A stretch of DNA of 64,000 nucleotides, taken from an uncultured Clostridia bacterium (GTDB taxonomy: Bacteria > Bacillota > Clostridia > TANB77 > CAG-508). Shown here one piece after another: positions 1 through 11,048 of the stretch. Each line of letters opens with the position of its first letter. Within the stretch, counting starts at the first letter, position 1. Location: NCBI GenBank assembly GCA_947626885.1, contig CANQTX010000002.1:44531-108530 (forward strand), written 5' to 3'. The notes beneath the pieces are model-generated. The model had not been told where the DNA came from and ran no database searches. It saw only the letters and a program-made list of their open reading frames with translations. The position numbers were made by a program, and so were the translations under genes.

Positions 1-288
1 TGCCATTCCATTTTCTAAATAAGCTCTTACAACACCTGCTGTTCCTTCTGGTCGTAATGTAATGCTTCTTCCTCCTTTATCATCAAACGTATACATCTCT
101 TTTTGAACAACATCTGTAGTTTCTCCTACGCCTCTTTGAAATAATTCTGTATGTTCAAAAACAGGAACTCTTATTTCTTTATAGCAATAACTCTCTAGTA
201 CTTTTTTTATTTTATTTTCCACTTCTTGCCATTGGTAAGTTTCTTCTGGCAATAAATCCTTGGTCCCCTTTGGTTTTTGTATTATCAT
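1..288 (-). CDS. hisS: histidine--tRNA ligase, N-terminal part (gene continues beyond window start)
   Basis: Minus-strand translation from ATG at 288 gives [20 protein letters not shown]...[57 protein letters not shown], a class-II HisRS N-terminal signature; RBS AGAAGGGA upstream. Confidence 0.85.
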   Translation of the reverse strand, partial: MIIQKPKGTKDLLPEETYQWQEVENKIKKVLESYCYKEIRVPVFEHTELFQRGVGETTDVVQKEMYTFDDKGGRSITLRPEGTAGVVRAYLENGMA

Positions 289-355
289 TTTTTTCCCTTC
301 TTTCTAAAATCAATTTATATTATGTTATATTTTCAATATTTGTAAAATAAGAATT

Positions 356-1006
356 TTAAAAATCTTTTCCTTTTAATTCAAAATAGATATTTTTTTCATC
401 TTGTATCATTGTAATTTTTCCATGTCCCGGATAGACGATGGTTTCATCCGGCAAAACCATTAATTTATTGGTAATAGATTGAATAATTTGTTCAAAATTC
501 CCTGTTGGCAAGTCTGTTCTCCCCCAACTACCAGAAAATAATGTATCACCTGTAAATACGAATCCTTCTTGCTTAGCATATAAGCATATTCCTCCTTTGG
601 TATGTCCGGGTGTAGCAATTACTTGAAATTCTATATTTCCCACATGAATCAAATCGCCATCGTCAAGTCTTGAATCTGCCTCTAATTCAGGAGGATCCAT
701 ATGAATATAATATGCTAAATTGATTTCTTGCTTATATAATCCCTCACTATCTTCCCTGCTAATTAATATTTTACCATTCTTTAATTTTTTTAATTCTGCA
801 ACTCCACCAATATGATCAGCATGACAATGTGTGATGACAATATATTTTAGTGTAGCACCTAAAATATCAATGATTTGTGCTATTTTTTCTGGTTCTCCGC
901 CTGGATCAATTACCATGGCTTCTTTTGTTTCTTCATCACAAACGATATAAGCATTTGTTAAAAGGTTTTTTTGTGATGTATGTACTTGTAATCTTTTTAA
1001 TATCAT
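356..1006 (-). CDS. MBL-fold metallo-hydrolase (hydroxyacylglutathione hydrolase-like)
   Basis: HCHADHIGG metal-binding motif, ~216 aa, typical MBL fold size. Confidence 0.8.
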   Translation of the reverse strand: MILKRLQVHTSQKNLLTNAYIVCDEETKEAMVIDPGGEPEKIAQIIDILGATLKYIVITHCHADHIGGVAELKKLKNGKILISREDSEGLYKQEINLAYYIHMDPPELEADSRLDDGDLIHVGNIEFQVIATPGHTKGGICLYAKQEGFVFTGDTLFSGSWGRTDLPTGNFEQIIQSITNKLMVLPDETIVYPGHGKITMIQDEKNIYFELKGKDF

Positions 1007-1045
1007 TCGTTTCTCTCCTATTTTATTTCTTTTCGTTTATTTTTA

Positions 1046-3241
1046 TTATCCTCTTTTTCTGTTAACATCATAGACACTTTCTACATTTCTAAAAGCCGAC
1101 AGCACCTTATTTAAAATTGTCGTATTTTCTACTTCTAAAGACACATTAATAATAGCAATATCTTCTTTAGTTGTTCTTGTATTAACACCTAATAATTTTA
1201 CTTTGGTATTTTCTATTTGTTTAATAATATCTTTTAGTAAGCCACTACGATCATTTGCTAATATTTCTACTTCTACTTTATAAGTACCATTTATATCATC
1301 AAACCAATAGACATCTATCATTCTATTTTCTTCATTTAGTAATTCTTTTACATTAACACAATCTGTTCTATGTACAGATACACCTCTTCCTTTTGTAATA
1401 TATCCAATAATTTCATCACCTGGAAGAGGATTACAACATTTAGAAAGTTTTACTAAACAGTTATCAATTCCTTTTACAATAATACCACTTTTTGAAGGTT
1501 TCTCTCTTATTGGTTTTGCATGAGATAATTCTTCTATTTTCTGTTCTAAATCTTCATCTTCATGTTCTTTTTTGTATTCATCTAATAATCTTGCCATGAG
1601 TTTATTAACAGAAATACCACCAAAACCGATACTAGCATATAAATCATCTTGTGTTGCAAATTTATATCTTTCCATTGCAAGTGCGAGCCATTCTGGTTTA
1701 ACAATATCATTGTATTTCATTCCTAATTTTTTAACTTCTTTTTCAATAGCTTCCTTACCTTTTTCAATGTTTTCTTCTCTTTGTGCTCTCTTGAACCATT
1801 GATTAATTCTTGTTTTTGCAGAAGAACTCTTAACAAATTTTAACCAGTCTCTGCTAGGCCCTTTGGCTTGTTCAGATGTTAATATTTCTACAATATCACC
1901 ATTTCTCAGTGGTGTAATAATCGGCATCATCTTACTGTTAATTTTACATCCTATCATTCTATGTCCAATTTGCTCATGGACACTATAGGCAAAATCAATA
2001 GGTGTAGCACCTTTGGGTAATACTTTTATCATACCTTTTGGTGTAAAAATATAAACTTCATCTTCAAATAATTCTGTTTTTAATGTATTTAAAAATTCAT
2101 TTGGATTTTCTGTATTTTTTTGCCATTCTAAAGTTTCTCTTAACCAAGATAATTTATCATCTGTTACTATAACTGCCTCTTTTTTTCCTTTATTGCTAGC
2201 TTCCTTATAAGCCCAATGCGCTGCAATACCGAATTCTGCTGTTCTGTGCATTTCTCTTGTACGTATCTGAACTTCAAATGGTGTTCCTTTTGGTCCTAAC
2301 AAAGTTGTATGAATAGACTGATACATATTTTTTTTGGGTACTGCAATGTAATCTTTGAATCTTCCTGGCATAGGTGTATACATTTCATGAACAATACCTA
2401 AAACAGAATAACAATCTTTTACATCATCTACTAAAATTCTAAGCGCAAATAAATCATAAATCTGATCTAATGTTTTATTGTCCCTTTGCATTTTTCGAAA
2501 AATGCTATACAAATGTTTAGCTCTACCTGTAATTTCTGCTTTAATGCCTTGGTTTTTTAATTCATTAGTTAAATCATCTTTAATTTTATCTAAAAATTGA
2601 ATTCTTTCTTCTCTTTTTTTATCCAATCCTATAACAATCTCATGATATGTTTCTGGATATAAATATTTAAAACTTAAATCTTCTAATTCCCATTTTAAAG
2701 AGTAAATACCTAATCGGTTAGCCAATGGTGCATATAAATCTTGTGTTTCTTTTGCATTAGCAATTTGCCTGTCTCTTGTTAAATATTTTAATGTTCTCAT
2801 ATTGTGTAACCTATCTGCTAACTTGATGAGTATTACTCTAATATCTTTTCCCATTGCCAGAAACATTTTTCTATAATTCTCTACCTGTGCTTCCTCAGCG
2901 GTAGTATAGCGCAGTGTACTAAGTTTTGTAACACCGGCTACCATATTGGCTATTGATTCGCCAAATTCTCTAACGAGATCCTCATGTGTTATACTGGTAT
3001 CTTCTACCACATCATGTAACAAAGCTGCGCATAATGTTTCATCGTCTAATTCCAAATTAGCTAGTATATAAGCAACATTCATGGGATGGATGATGTAAGG
3101 TTCACCTGATTTTCTACACTGTTCCCCATGATTGCTTTTGGCAAATGTATAAGCCTTTTTTATAATTTCTATATTGGCACTTGGATAATTTTCTTTTTGT
3201 TTATCGATAATCATTTCGATTGTTACTTCTTTTGCCTCCAC
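1046..3241 (-). CDS. relA: bifunctional (p)ppGpp synthetase/hydrolase RelA/SpoT
   Basis: 731 aa; HD hydrolase domain (HDVVEDT), RelA/SpoT synthetase domain, TGS and ACT C-terminal regions; hisS-relA-recJ synteny typical of Firmicutes. Confidence 0.95.
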   Translation of the reverse strand: MEAKEVTIEMIIDKQKENYPSANIEIIKKAYTFAKSNHGEQCRKSGEPYIIHPMNVAYILANLELDDETLCAALLHDVVEDTSITHEDLVREFGESIANMVAGVTKLSTLRYTTAEEAQVENYRKMFLAMGKDIRVILIKLADRLHNMRTLKYLTRDRQIANAKETQDLYAPLANRLGIYSLKWELEDLSFKYLYPETYHEIVIGLDKKREERIQFLDKIKDDLTNELKNQGIKAEITGRAKHLYSIFRKMQRDNKTLDQIYDLFALRILVDDVKDCYSVLGIVHEMYTPMPGRFKDYIAVPKKNMYQSIHTTLLGPKGTPFEVQIRTREMHRTAEFGIAAHWAYKEASNKGKKEAVIVTDDKLSWLRETLEWQKNTENPNEFLNTLKTELFEDEVYIFTPKGMIKVLPKGATPIDFAYSVHEQIGHRMIGCKINSKMMPIITPLRNGDIVEILTSEQAKGPSRDWLKFVKSSSAKTRINQWFKRAQREENIEKGKEAIEKEVKKLGMKYNDIVKPEWLALAMERYKFATQDDLYASIGFGGISVNKLMARLLDEYKKEHEDEDLEQKIEELSHAKPIREKPSKSGIIVKGIDNCLVKLSKCCNPLPGDEIIGYITKGRGVSVHRTDCVNVKELLNEENRMIDVYWFDDINGTYKVEVEILANDRSGLLKDIIKQIENTKVKLLGVNTRTTKEDIAIINVSLEVENTTILNKVLSAFRNVESVYDVNRKRG

Positions 3242-3269
3242 AATAAAATCCCCTTTTTCTCGTTTTTAT

Positions 3270-4958
3270 TTAATAAGATTTTCTTATATCTTTCATATTG
3301 ATTTGTATATATTCTGTACCGTTATAAGAATTTATCTCTAGTATTCCAATAATATCAATTTTATCTCCAATTAAATATTCTTCTGCATATTTTCCCATAT
3401 TGAACCCTATGGCATTAATCATGCTATTTCCATCCTTTAATGTTAATTTAAGATGTCTTCCTTCTGATAGCGCTCTAATGGAGTTAATTTTTAAATTTTT
3501 ATAAATAAATATAGGTGTTTTATTAGCTTCTCCAAAAGGTTCTAGCAATTTTAAACTATTAACATTTTCAATGGTTATATCTTTTAAGTGAATTTCTTTA
3601 TCAATATGAATAAAAGAAACAATTTCTTCAGTATGGGCTTCTTTAGCAATCTTTTCAAACATTTCTGTAAATTTAGAAAAATTACTCTTTTTCACGCTCA
3701 GCCCTACAGCCATTTCATGTCCACCATATTTTTCAAGATATTTATTTGATTTACATAATGCCGCATGCAGATCAAAACCTGGTATACTTCTTCCCGATCC
3801 TTTTCCTTCTTCTCCTTCAAAACAGATTAGAATGCTTGGTTTAAAATATAAATCGGTTATTTTGGATGCCACAATTCCAATGACACCATGATGCCACCCC
3901 TCATGCCCTAGTACAATAACATTATTTTTATCTAATCCCTCTTCTTCTATTTTAGTAATTGCCTCTGTAAAAATCTTTTTTTCTATGTCTTGGCGCTCTT
4001 TATTATACTGATTTAATGTATTTGTAATAGAATTTGCTTCTACAATATTTTCTGTTAAAAATAATTTTAAGGCATCTATTTCATGTCCCATTCGTCCACA
4101 TGCATTAATTCTAGGTGCAATACCAAAAGAAACTGCATTAGAATTTACCTCTTGATATCCTGCCACATTTAGTAAAGCTCGCAATCCTGGCGACTTAGTA
4201 ACTTCTACTAATTTTAATCCTAATTTGGCTATTACTCTATTTTCGTCTATTAAAGGAACAATATCAGATATGGTTCCAATACAAACAATATCGAGATATT
4301 TTAAATAAGATTTTTCTTCTAATCCTAATTTTATACCAATTGCTTGTATTAATTTAAAAGCTACACCTACCCCGGCCAAACTATTAAAAGGGTATTGGTT
4401 GTCCTTTCTTTTACAATCAATAACAGCTACTGCTTTTGGTAACACTTCTAAAGGTTCATGATGATCGGTTATAATTACTTCCATACCTAGCTCGTAAGCA
4501 TAAGCAACTTCTTCTGTTCCTGAAATGCCACAATCTACAGTAATAATCAACTTATAACCTTTTTCTGCAATTTTCTTGATAGCCTCTTTATTTAATCCAT
4601 ATCCTTCGTTTAAGCGATTGGGAATATAATATCCGGTTTCTAGTCCACATTCTTTCAGAAATTTAGAAAGTACTGTTATGCTTGTAATACCATCAACATC
4701 ATAATCACCATAAATAATCGTTTTTTCTTTTTTTTCAATTGCTTTTATGATTCGATTCACTGCTAATTCCATATCTGGCATTAAATAAGGATTGTGAAAA
4801 TCATTTCTTGTTGGATTTAAAAAGGCCTCTATTGTTTTATCTTCAACAATTCCTCTATTTGCCAAAACTGTTGCTAATAATTCAGATATGTTATGCTTTT
4901 CCCTAATTTGTTTTACGACATTTTCATCTGAATGATAAAAAATCCATTTTCTATTCAT
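3270..4958 (-). CDS. recJ: single-stranded-DNA-specific exonuclease RecJ
   Basis: 562 aa, DHH (DHH motif ITDHHEP) and DHHA1 domains, downstream of relA. Confidence 0.9.
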   Translation of the reverse strand: MNRKWIFYHSDENVVKQIREKHNISELLATVLANRGIVEDKTIEAFLNPTRNDFHNPYLMPDMELAVNRIIKAIEKKEKTIIYGDYDVDGITSITVLSKFLKECGLETGYYIPNRLNEGYGLNKEAIKKIAEKGYKLIITVDCGISGTEEVAYAYELGMEVIITDHHEPLEVLPKAVAVIDCKRKDNQYPFNSLAGVGVAFKLIQAIGIKLGLEEKSYLKYLDIVCIGTISDIVPLIDENRVIAKLGLKLVEVTKSPGLRALLNVAGYQEVNSNAVSFGIAPRINACGRMGHEIDALKLFLTENIVEANSITNTLNQYNKERQDIEKKIFTEAITKIEEEGLDKNNVIVLGHEGWHHGVIGIVASKITDLYFKPSILICFEGEEGKGSGRSIPGFDLHAALCKSNKYLEKYGGHEMAVGLSVKKSNFSKFTEMFEKIAKEAHTEEIVSFIHIDKEIHLKDITIENVNSLKLLEPFGEANKTPIFIYKNLKINSIRALSEGRHLKLTLKDGNSMINAIGFNMGKYAEEYLIGDKIDIIGILEINSYNGTEYIQINMKDIRKSY

Positions 4959-5079
4959 TCCATATCTCCTAAAATACTTTTCTACATATTATATACTATT
5001 TATTTCATAATTGATAGCCTTTTTTGAAAATAAAAGACAAAAAGATACATAAGATAAAACATCTTATATATCTTTTTTA

Positions 5080-5433
5080 TTATAAAACATCTTTAATTGC
5101 TTCACCAATAATCTTATTAACATCTGCTATCATCACATTAAAACGCACTTCTTTATCAAAATATTCTTTTACTTTTGGGTTTTGAAATAATATTTTATAT
5201 AAATCTTGTAATTTATTCATCTTCTCATCGCTTTGTTTTTCTCCTTGCATCGCAAGCAATTGCTCTTCGTAGCGGATTTTTTCAAATTCATCTACTTGTT
5301 GTTTTAAATCTGGTACAGTTGTTATTTCTTCTTTTATTTTTTTATAAGCTAAATACTCTGTGCTTTCCTTGATTGCTTTTGCCAAGCTATTTGCTTCATC
5401 ATATACTTTCATTTTAACATCCTTTCTTAACAA
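5080..5433 (-). CDS. YlbF/YmcA (UPF0342) family protein
   Basis: 117 aa helical protein, pattern AKAIKESTEY..YKK..EEI resembles YheA/YmcA/YlbF family. Confidence 0.45.
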   Translation of the reverse strand: MLRKDVKMKVYDEANSLAKAIKESTEYLAYKKIKEEITTVPDLKQQVDEFEKIRYEEQLLAMQGEKQSDEKMNKLQDLYKILFQNPKVKEYFDKEVRFNVMIADVNKIIGEAIKDVL

Positions 5434-5458
5434 TTCATTTAAGTTGCGACATATTGTA

Positions 5459-7048
5459 TTAATAATAAATCATATAATCTATTTCCGGAAAAATATCATC
5501 TTTATTCAATATATCTAATAGAAATTTTGCATCAATTTTATCTTTTTTAATTTGATAATATAATTTTGTAAATCTACCAATATGATCTTTAATTGCTTTA
5601 TGAGCATATTCCACCATTGTTCCATTAGTAATAATAAATAACCAATCACTACTTTGTGCTAATAGAAGCTCTCTAGCACATTGGTTTAATGCTTGCCTTC
5701 GAAGTGTATCTCCTTCATTTGGGAACATTTGCGCTAATTCACACATTCTATCCCCTGCTTTATGTAAGTGTCGATGTGCATAATCATTTGTTTGATTTAA
5801 CCAAACTTCACTATAACCATTTGCTCCCCAACTAGAACGACAAGGTGTAGAAACTTGCATTTCCGGATACATGTCAATATACTCACTGGGTGTTATTAAT
5901 TTAAAATTACATTCATCATAATAAATTTTTTTAAATAATATATAAAGCCAATATGGACCTTCATACCACCAATGACCGTATAATTCAGCATCATAGGGAC
6001 AAGTAATAATAGGTGGTATATGCATATAACTGGTTAATTGCTCTATTTGTTCATTTCTGCAATCCATAAAATGACCCGCTTGTTTTTCTGCAGAGTCCTT
6101 GGCCCATTGGATATCATAGTAATCCTTTTGTTCTGTCTTTCCTGTAATTCTATAATATTTTATACCAGTATTAACTCTTGCACCATTACGAGCAATGTAG
6201 GGCTTAATATATTCATAATCGGCTTCATAACCAATATCTCGGTAAAATTCTCTATAGTTATAATCACCTGGATAACCACAAATAGAACTCCATACTTGTT
6301 TAGAAGATTCTAAATCTCTGGCAAAAGCCACAATATTGTTCGGTGTTACTATGGGAGCATATGTTCCATATATTGGTGTTGGATCTGCATATAATACACC
6401 ATGTGTTTCTGTAATAATATATTCTATACCGAATTCGCGTAAGTATTTATCTACTTCTGGAATATAACCACATTCTGGAAGCCATATACCTCTTGGATTT
6501 CTTCCAAAAAATTTTTTATATGTTTCCACACCGACACCAATTTGTGCTCTAACTGTTTTCTCGTTAATATATAAGATTGGAAAATAACCGTGTGTTGCCC
6601 CACAAGTAATAATTTCCAAAACACCTATATCTTGAAAATGTTTAAACCCTGTAATAATATTACAATGATAAACCTCTTGAAACACATGTAAATCATTTGT
6701 ATATCTCTCTAAATAATATTGGGATAAAGCATGTAATCTAGTGTCATATATGGTTCTATTTACTTCTTTTTCACAAAGTTCAATATGTTTTTTTAAATAT
6801 TTTATATACCTTTGTTGCAATAATGCATTATCTAACATATTTAATAAAGGAGGAGTCATAGTCATAGTGATTCTAAAATCTACATGTTCTTCTTCTAGTT
6901 TTTGAAAGTTTAGCAACAATGGAATATAGGTTTCTGATATAGCTTCAAATAGCCATTCTTCTTCTAGATAACCTTCACTTTCTGGGTGATGAATATATGG
7001 CAAATGAGCATGTAATATAAAATTAACATATCCTTTTATATTTTTCAT
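5459..7048 (-). CDS. glycoside hydrolase family 57 1,4-alpha-glucan branching enzyme
   Basis: 529 aa; N-terminal HAHLPY motif characteristic of GH57, C-terminal DUF1957-like region. Confidence 0.8.
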   Translation of the reverse strand: MKNIKGYVNFILHAHLPYIHHPESEGYLEEEWLFEAISETYIPLLLNFQKLEEEHVDFRITMTMTPPLLNMLDNALLQQRYIKYLKKHIELCEKEVNRTIYDTRLHALSQYYLERYTNDLHVFQEVYHCNIITGFKHFQDIGVLEIITCGATHGYFPILYINEKTVRAQIGVGVETYKKFFGRNPRGIWLPECGYIPEVDKYLREFGIEYIITETHGVLYADPTPIYGTYAPIVTPNNIVAFARDLESSKQVWSSICGYPGDYNYREFYRDIGYEADYEYIKPYIARNGARVNTGIKYYRITGKTEQKDYYDIQWAKDSAEKQAGHFMDCRNEQIEQLTSYMHIPPIITCPYDAELYGHWWYEGPYWLYILFKKIYYDECNFKLITPSEYIDMYPEMQVSTPCRSSWGANGYSEVWLNQTNDYAHRHLHKAGDRMCELAQMFPNEGDTLRRQALNQCARELLLAQSSDWLFIITNGTMVEYAHKAIKDHIGRFTKLYYQIKKDKIDAKFLLDILNKDDIFPEIDYMIYY

Positions 7049-7088
7049 AAATTCTCCCTTATCCTAATTAAAAACAATATAAAAGTTT

Positions 7089-8084
7089 CTATTTAAATGT
7101 GGAACTTGATAATCCACCTGAAGTTGGATTATGCCATTCAAACACATCTTCAAAAATTTCTTCTTGATACATTTCTTTATAAAATGCTTTAATGTGATAC
7201 GTTTTTCCAAATTCTTTAGAAAATGTTTTTATTTCTTTTACCGTTTCTGTTTGTGTTTTAACATTGCGGAAAGTAATCCATTGATTTTGCTTTTCAAATA
7301 AAATGTGATCATTTGGTACTTCCATTACGTTAGAATCTGCAATAGGTAAATAATCTGTTCTTAAAATAATATGTTCTTGTTGCAATTTTTCTAAATTTAC
7401 CATGGTAGGAGGTTGTTTAAATTTTCTCCCCAATTGTATAGTATATTTTGTTTTGGGATTTTTTACATCAATGTACCAACTATTGGCAAAATCATTAATA
7501 GGAATTTCTGTAGTAGTATGATTATCAGTATTATATAATAATAATACTGGATAAGTTTTCTCAAAAAAATCTTCTCCAAAGTTTTTGATATACTTTGCTT
7601 TATCTTTATCAGATATATCCCAATATACAAACAATCTTTTAGGTGTTTGTGCTAATATTTTTACTGTTGTTTCATTGTATCGATAAGGTAAATCATAATA
7701 TTCCGGTAAGTATTCTATTTCTTTGTTTTCATGTTCATTTTTATTTTGTTTTTTGGTTATGGTTTTTGTTTTAGCTATTTCTTTTTCTTCTTCTTTTTGG
7801 GTTTCTTCTTGCATAGCAATAACTTTTGCAATAAAATTTTTTATTTTTTCAATTACTGTTGCCTCATGTATTTTAACTTCTTCAGGTTTATTCTGTTTGT
7901 TAGAAATAATTTTATTTTTAACGGTAGAGGAGGTTATAGGAGAAGATACCTGCTTTTCAGTTTTTTTCGGTGAAGATGGTTTTGGAAGATTATTTTTATT
8001 TTTTTCTTTTTTAGGAGTTTTTTCTCTTTTTTCTCTTTGATCAGACTTTTCAATTGTTTCCATTTCTTCCCTTTTCTTTGGCAT
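7089..8084 (-). CDS. hypothetical protein, K/E-rich N-terminus plus DUF4912-like C-terminal domain
   Basis: 331 aa; position between GH57 and GT4 genes matches the conserved GH57-DUF4912-GT4 alpha-glucan cluster. Confidence 0.4.
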   Translation of the reverse strand: MPKKREEMETIEKSDQREKREKTPKKEKNKNNLPKPSSPKKTEKQVSSPITSSTVKNKIISNKQNKPEEVKIHEATVIEKIKNFIAKVIAMQEETQKEEEKEIAKTKTITKKQNKNEHENKEIEYLPEYYDLPYRYNETTVKILAQTPKRLFVYWDISDKDKAKYIKNFGEDFFEKTYPVLLLYNTDNHTTTEIPINDFANSWYIDVKNPKTKYTIQLGRKFKQPPTMVNLEKLQQEHIILRTDYLPIADSNVMEVPNDHILFEKQNQWITFRNVKTQTETVKEIKTFSKEFGKTYHIKAFYKEMYQEEIFEDVFEWHNPTSGGLSSSTFK

Positions 8085-8447
8085 TCTTTTTCCTCCTTAG
8101 TGAAACTATCTATTGTTTCTAAATTTTATCATCTTTTTTCATACAAATCTATAATATGATATATTTTATCTATAAAACAATAAAATTACAAGTAAAAATA
8201 TAAAAAAATTCACTTTTTTTATAAATATTACAATTTATACATTAAAATTCCCCAAAACAGCACAGTATAATATTTTATTTCTTGCTATTTTTCTTTGTAA
8301 TAAGAATGTAATCTTTTTGTTACGAAATCTTATTGTTTTTTTGTCTTTTTTTGTAAAAAATCTGTTTACTTTTATAATGATTTTATATAAAATAATTATA
8401 AAAGAATATATCATTTAACAAAAGATTGAAAGGAGTATCTTAAAATA

Positions 8448-9734
8448 ATGAAAATTTTAATGCTATCATGGGAATATCCACCAAGAGTTATTGGTGGCAT
8501 TTCAAGAGTTGTATACGATTTATCGCATCGCTTAATGAAAGATGGTCATGATGTCACAGTGGTTACTTATCGTGATGGAGATGTACCGTATATAGAGGAT
8601 GATGATGGAGTTAAGGTTTATCGTGTAGATAATTTTATGATTGCTCCGAATAATTTTATCGATTGGGTAATGCAATTAAACTTTAATATGATTGCCAAAG
8701 TAGGAGAAATTATAGTAAAAGAAGGAAAATTTGATGTTATTCATGCACATGATTGGTTAACTGCTTATGCAGGAAAAACATTAAAATATGCATATAATAC
8801 TCCTCTTGTTTCTACCATTCATGCTACAGAAGCTGGTAGAAATAGTGGTATTCAAGGCGAAATGCAAAAATATATTAATGATACAGAATGGATGTTAACT
8901 TATGAATCTTCAGAAGTAATTGTCAATAGCAATTATATGAAAAATGAATTACAAAGACTTTTTGGACTTCCTTTTGAAAAAATAAATGTTGTTCCCAATG
9001 GTGTCAATTTGAATTTATTTTCAGATATTGATAGAGATTATGACTTTAGAAGAAAATTCGCCATGGATAATGAAAAGATAATTTTATTTATGGGAAGATT
9101 AGTTTATGAAAAAGGAATACAGCATCTTATTGCAGCCATGCCTAAAATTTTAGCTAATTATCATGATGCTAAATTATTAATTGCAGGTAAAGGTGGTATG
9201 ATAGATGAACTCAAAGCACAAGCAAACGCACTAAGTTTGGGAGAAAAAGTATATTTTACTGGATATTTAGGTTCTAAGGATGTTCAAAAAATGTATAAAT
9301 GTGCTGATGTATCTGTATTTCCAAGTACCTATGAACCTTTTGGAATTGTAGCACTAGAAGCAATGCTTTCTGGTACACCAATTGTTGTATCTGATATTGG
9401 TGGCTTAAATGAAATTGTTGAACATGGTGTAACAGGAATGAAAAGTTATGCGGGAAATGCTAATTCTCTTGCTGATTCTATTCTTTCTCTTTTATTTGAT
9501 CCGAAACTATGTGATACTGTTACTAAAAATGCAAAACAAAAAGTAAAAACAGAATATAACTGGACAAAAATTGCACAAGATACACATTTTACTTATCAAA
9601 AAGCCATTTGTGAAACAATTGCGGATAGACAAGCAAAACAGATTGCGCAAGAAGAGGCAAAAAAGCATGTTAAAAAATCGAATGAAATTACAAATTTACT
9701 AAGCTTTAAAAAGAATCGACAGGCTTATGCTTAA
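8448..9734 (+). CDS. GT4 family glycosyltransferase (glycogen-synthase-like)
   Basis: 428 aa; N-term MKILMLSWEYPPRVIGGISRVV.. and C-terminal EPFG(I/L) motif typical of GT4 (glycosyl transferase group 1). Confidence 0.8.
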   Translation: MKILMLSWEYPPRVIGGISRVVYDLSHRLMKDGHDVTVVTYRDGDVPYIEDDDGVKVYRVDNFMIAPNNFIDWVMQLNFNMIAKVGEIIVKEGKFDVIHAHDWLTAYAGKTLKYAYNTPLVSTIHATEAGRNSGIQGEMQKYINDTEWMLTYESSEVIVNSNYMKNELQRLFGLPFEKINVVPNGVNLNLFSDIDRDYDFRRKFAMDNEKIILFMGRLVYEKGIQHLIAAMPKILANYHDAKLLIAGKGGMIDELKAQANALSLGEKVYFTGYLGSKDVQKMYKCADVSVFPSTYEPFGIVALEAMLSGTPIVVSDIGGLNEIVEHGVTGMKSYAGNANSLADSILSLLFDPKLCDTVTKNAKQKVKTEYNWTKIAQDTHFTYQKAICETIADRQAKQIAQEEAKKHVKKSNEITNLLSFKKNRQAYA

Positions 9735-9750
9735 ATGATAAGCATCACAT

Positions 9751-9790
9751 AAAAAAAGAAAGACTTTGTTTTTAAAAGTCTTTCTTTTTT
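9751..9790. terminator. bidirectional rho-independent terminator between convergent GT4 gene and TraX-like gene
   Basis: perfect 13-bp inverted repeat AAAGAAAGACTTT / AAAGTCTTTCTTT (9755-9767 / 9775-9787) flanked by A-run and T-run. Confidence 0.7.
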
Positions 9791-9801
9791 AGGTAGAATG
9801 G

Positions 9802-10479
9802 TTATCCAATCATAAAAATATGTATCACATATAATGCTATCATATGTGCGGGATAAAATATATAAAAAAACCACTTACTTTTTCTTCCCTGCTTGCCATT
9901 ATACAAAATGATACCTACCATAGGTAACCAGGTAAAGACAAATGTATATATTGTACTCATTTGTATTGTATACAAAAAATTTCGTGAATATAAATATATA
10001 ATAATTAAGCCGGCATAACTGATGGATAACCATAATTTATTATATTTAAACAAATACATTAGAAAAACAGTTGCTACCCCAAACCAACCATAGTCTACTT
10101 TTAATATATGTCCTAAATATATTATAAGTGCCACTAAAACAAAAGAAAAATACTTTTTTTGTATTTTATCATAACATTGAATAGCAATTAACCCTAGTAA
10201 TAATGTAAAAAGAATGTTTAACATATGATATTCTCCTACTAAGGTTCTGAAAAACATAAATGGAATTTGGGATATTATGGCGAAGATTAGTAACCTTCCA
10301 TAATATTTCTTTAAATTTGTAGTATGTATATATCCTTCTGTAATCATAAAGGCAAATAGTGGAAATGCTATTCTTCCGAAATACATTGTTATAAAATTAT
10401 TTGTGCTAGGAATAGCATATTTTATATGATCTAAAACCATTGTAAAACAAGCTATTATCTTTAGTATATAAATAGACAT
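9802..10479 (-). CDS. TraX family membrane protein
   Basis: 225 aa polytopic membrane protein, N-term LKIIACFTMVLDHIKYAIP resembles TraX family. Confidence 0.5.
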   Translation of the reverse strand: MSIYILKIIACFTMVLDHIKYAIPSTNNFITMYFGRIAFPLFAFMITEGYIHTTNLKKYYGRLLIFAIISQIPFMFFRTLVGEYHMLNILFTLLLGLIAIQCYDKIQKKYFSFVLVALIIYLGHILKVDYGWFGVATVFLMYLFKYNKLWLSISYAGLIIIYLYSRNFLYTIQMSTIYTFVFTWLPMVGIILYNGKQGRKSKWFFYIFYPAHMIALYVIHIFMIG

Positions 10480-10556
10480 GATATGTTTTCTCCTTTTTCT
10501 CCTTTCAATTTCTTTTCTACTTGTTATTTTATCATATAATTGTTCTATTGCAAGAA

Positions 10557-11048
10557 TTAAAAGGAAGTTAAATCTAAATAACTAAAAACAGAAATTTCGA
10601 CAATATAATCTATTATATTCTTATATTCTTGTAGTCTAAAATTAACAAAACCTTCTAACAGTATTGCTTTATTTTCTCTTATATAATTTCCAATGATTTG
10701 TTTCAGCATTTTATTTTTATATCCTATTTTATAATCTGGAAGTTCTAATATTTTTTTTGTAATTTCGCAAATATATTCCTGCTCTATACTACTCAAATAA
10801 AAATAATTTCTTTTAATATTTTTTCTAATAAAATCTTCTTCATAAAATTTAACAATACACCTTTTTATGACAATAGCTACCATATCATAAAATCCATAAA
10901 TATCTTCTTCTGTGTAATGAACAATTATATTGTCATATGTTTTAAAACGATGATGCGATAAATAAATGTTCATAGGAAATTTCTCAAATTGTTCTATCAA
11001 AAAATTCTTTTTCTCTTGACTAATCGTTTTAATGCAAATTGATTTCAC
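10557..11048 (-). CDS. hypothetical protein (possibly YtxC-like), GTG start
   Basis: 163 aa ORF; start codon GTG at 11046-11048 preceded by AGGAGAG RBS; no confident family. Confidence 0.35.
   Translation of the reverse strand: MKSICIKTISQEKKNFLIEQFEKFPMNIYLSHHRFKTYDNIIVHYTEEDIYGFYDMVAIVIKRCIVKFYEEDFIRKNIKRNYFYLSSIEQEYICEITKKILELPDYKIGYKNKMLKQIIGNYIRENKAILLEGFVNFRLQEYKNIIDYIVEISVFSYLDLTSF

Noticed and set aside
877-1065. Many 60-170-aa ORFs on the strand opposite to long genes (e.g. 877-1065, 1572-1802, 6038-6313, 7723-8040, 12329-12649, 15352-15921, 28481-28696, 34660-34962, 50953-51225, 62877-63395)
   Set aside because: All lie inside well-supported genes on the other strand. They have Phe/Leu/Ile-rich low-complexity translations typical of antisense frames in AT-rich DNA. 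They have no RBS.
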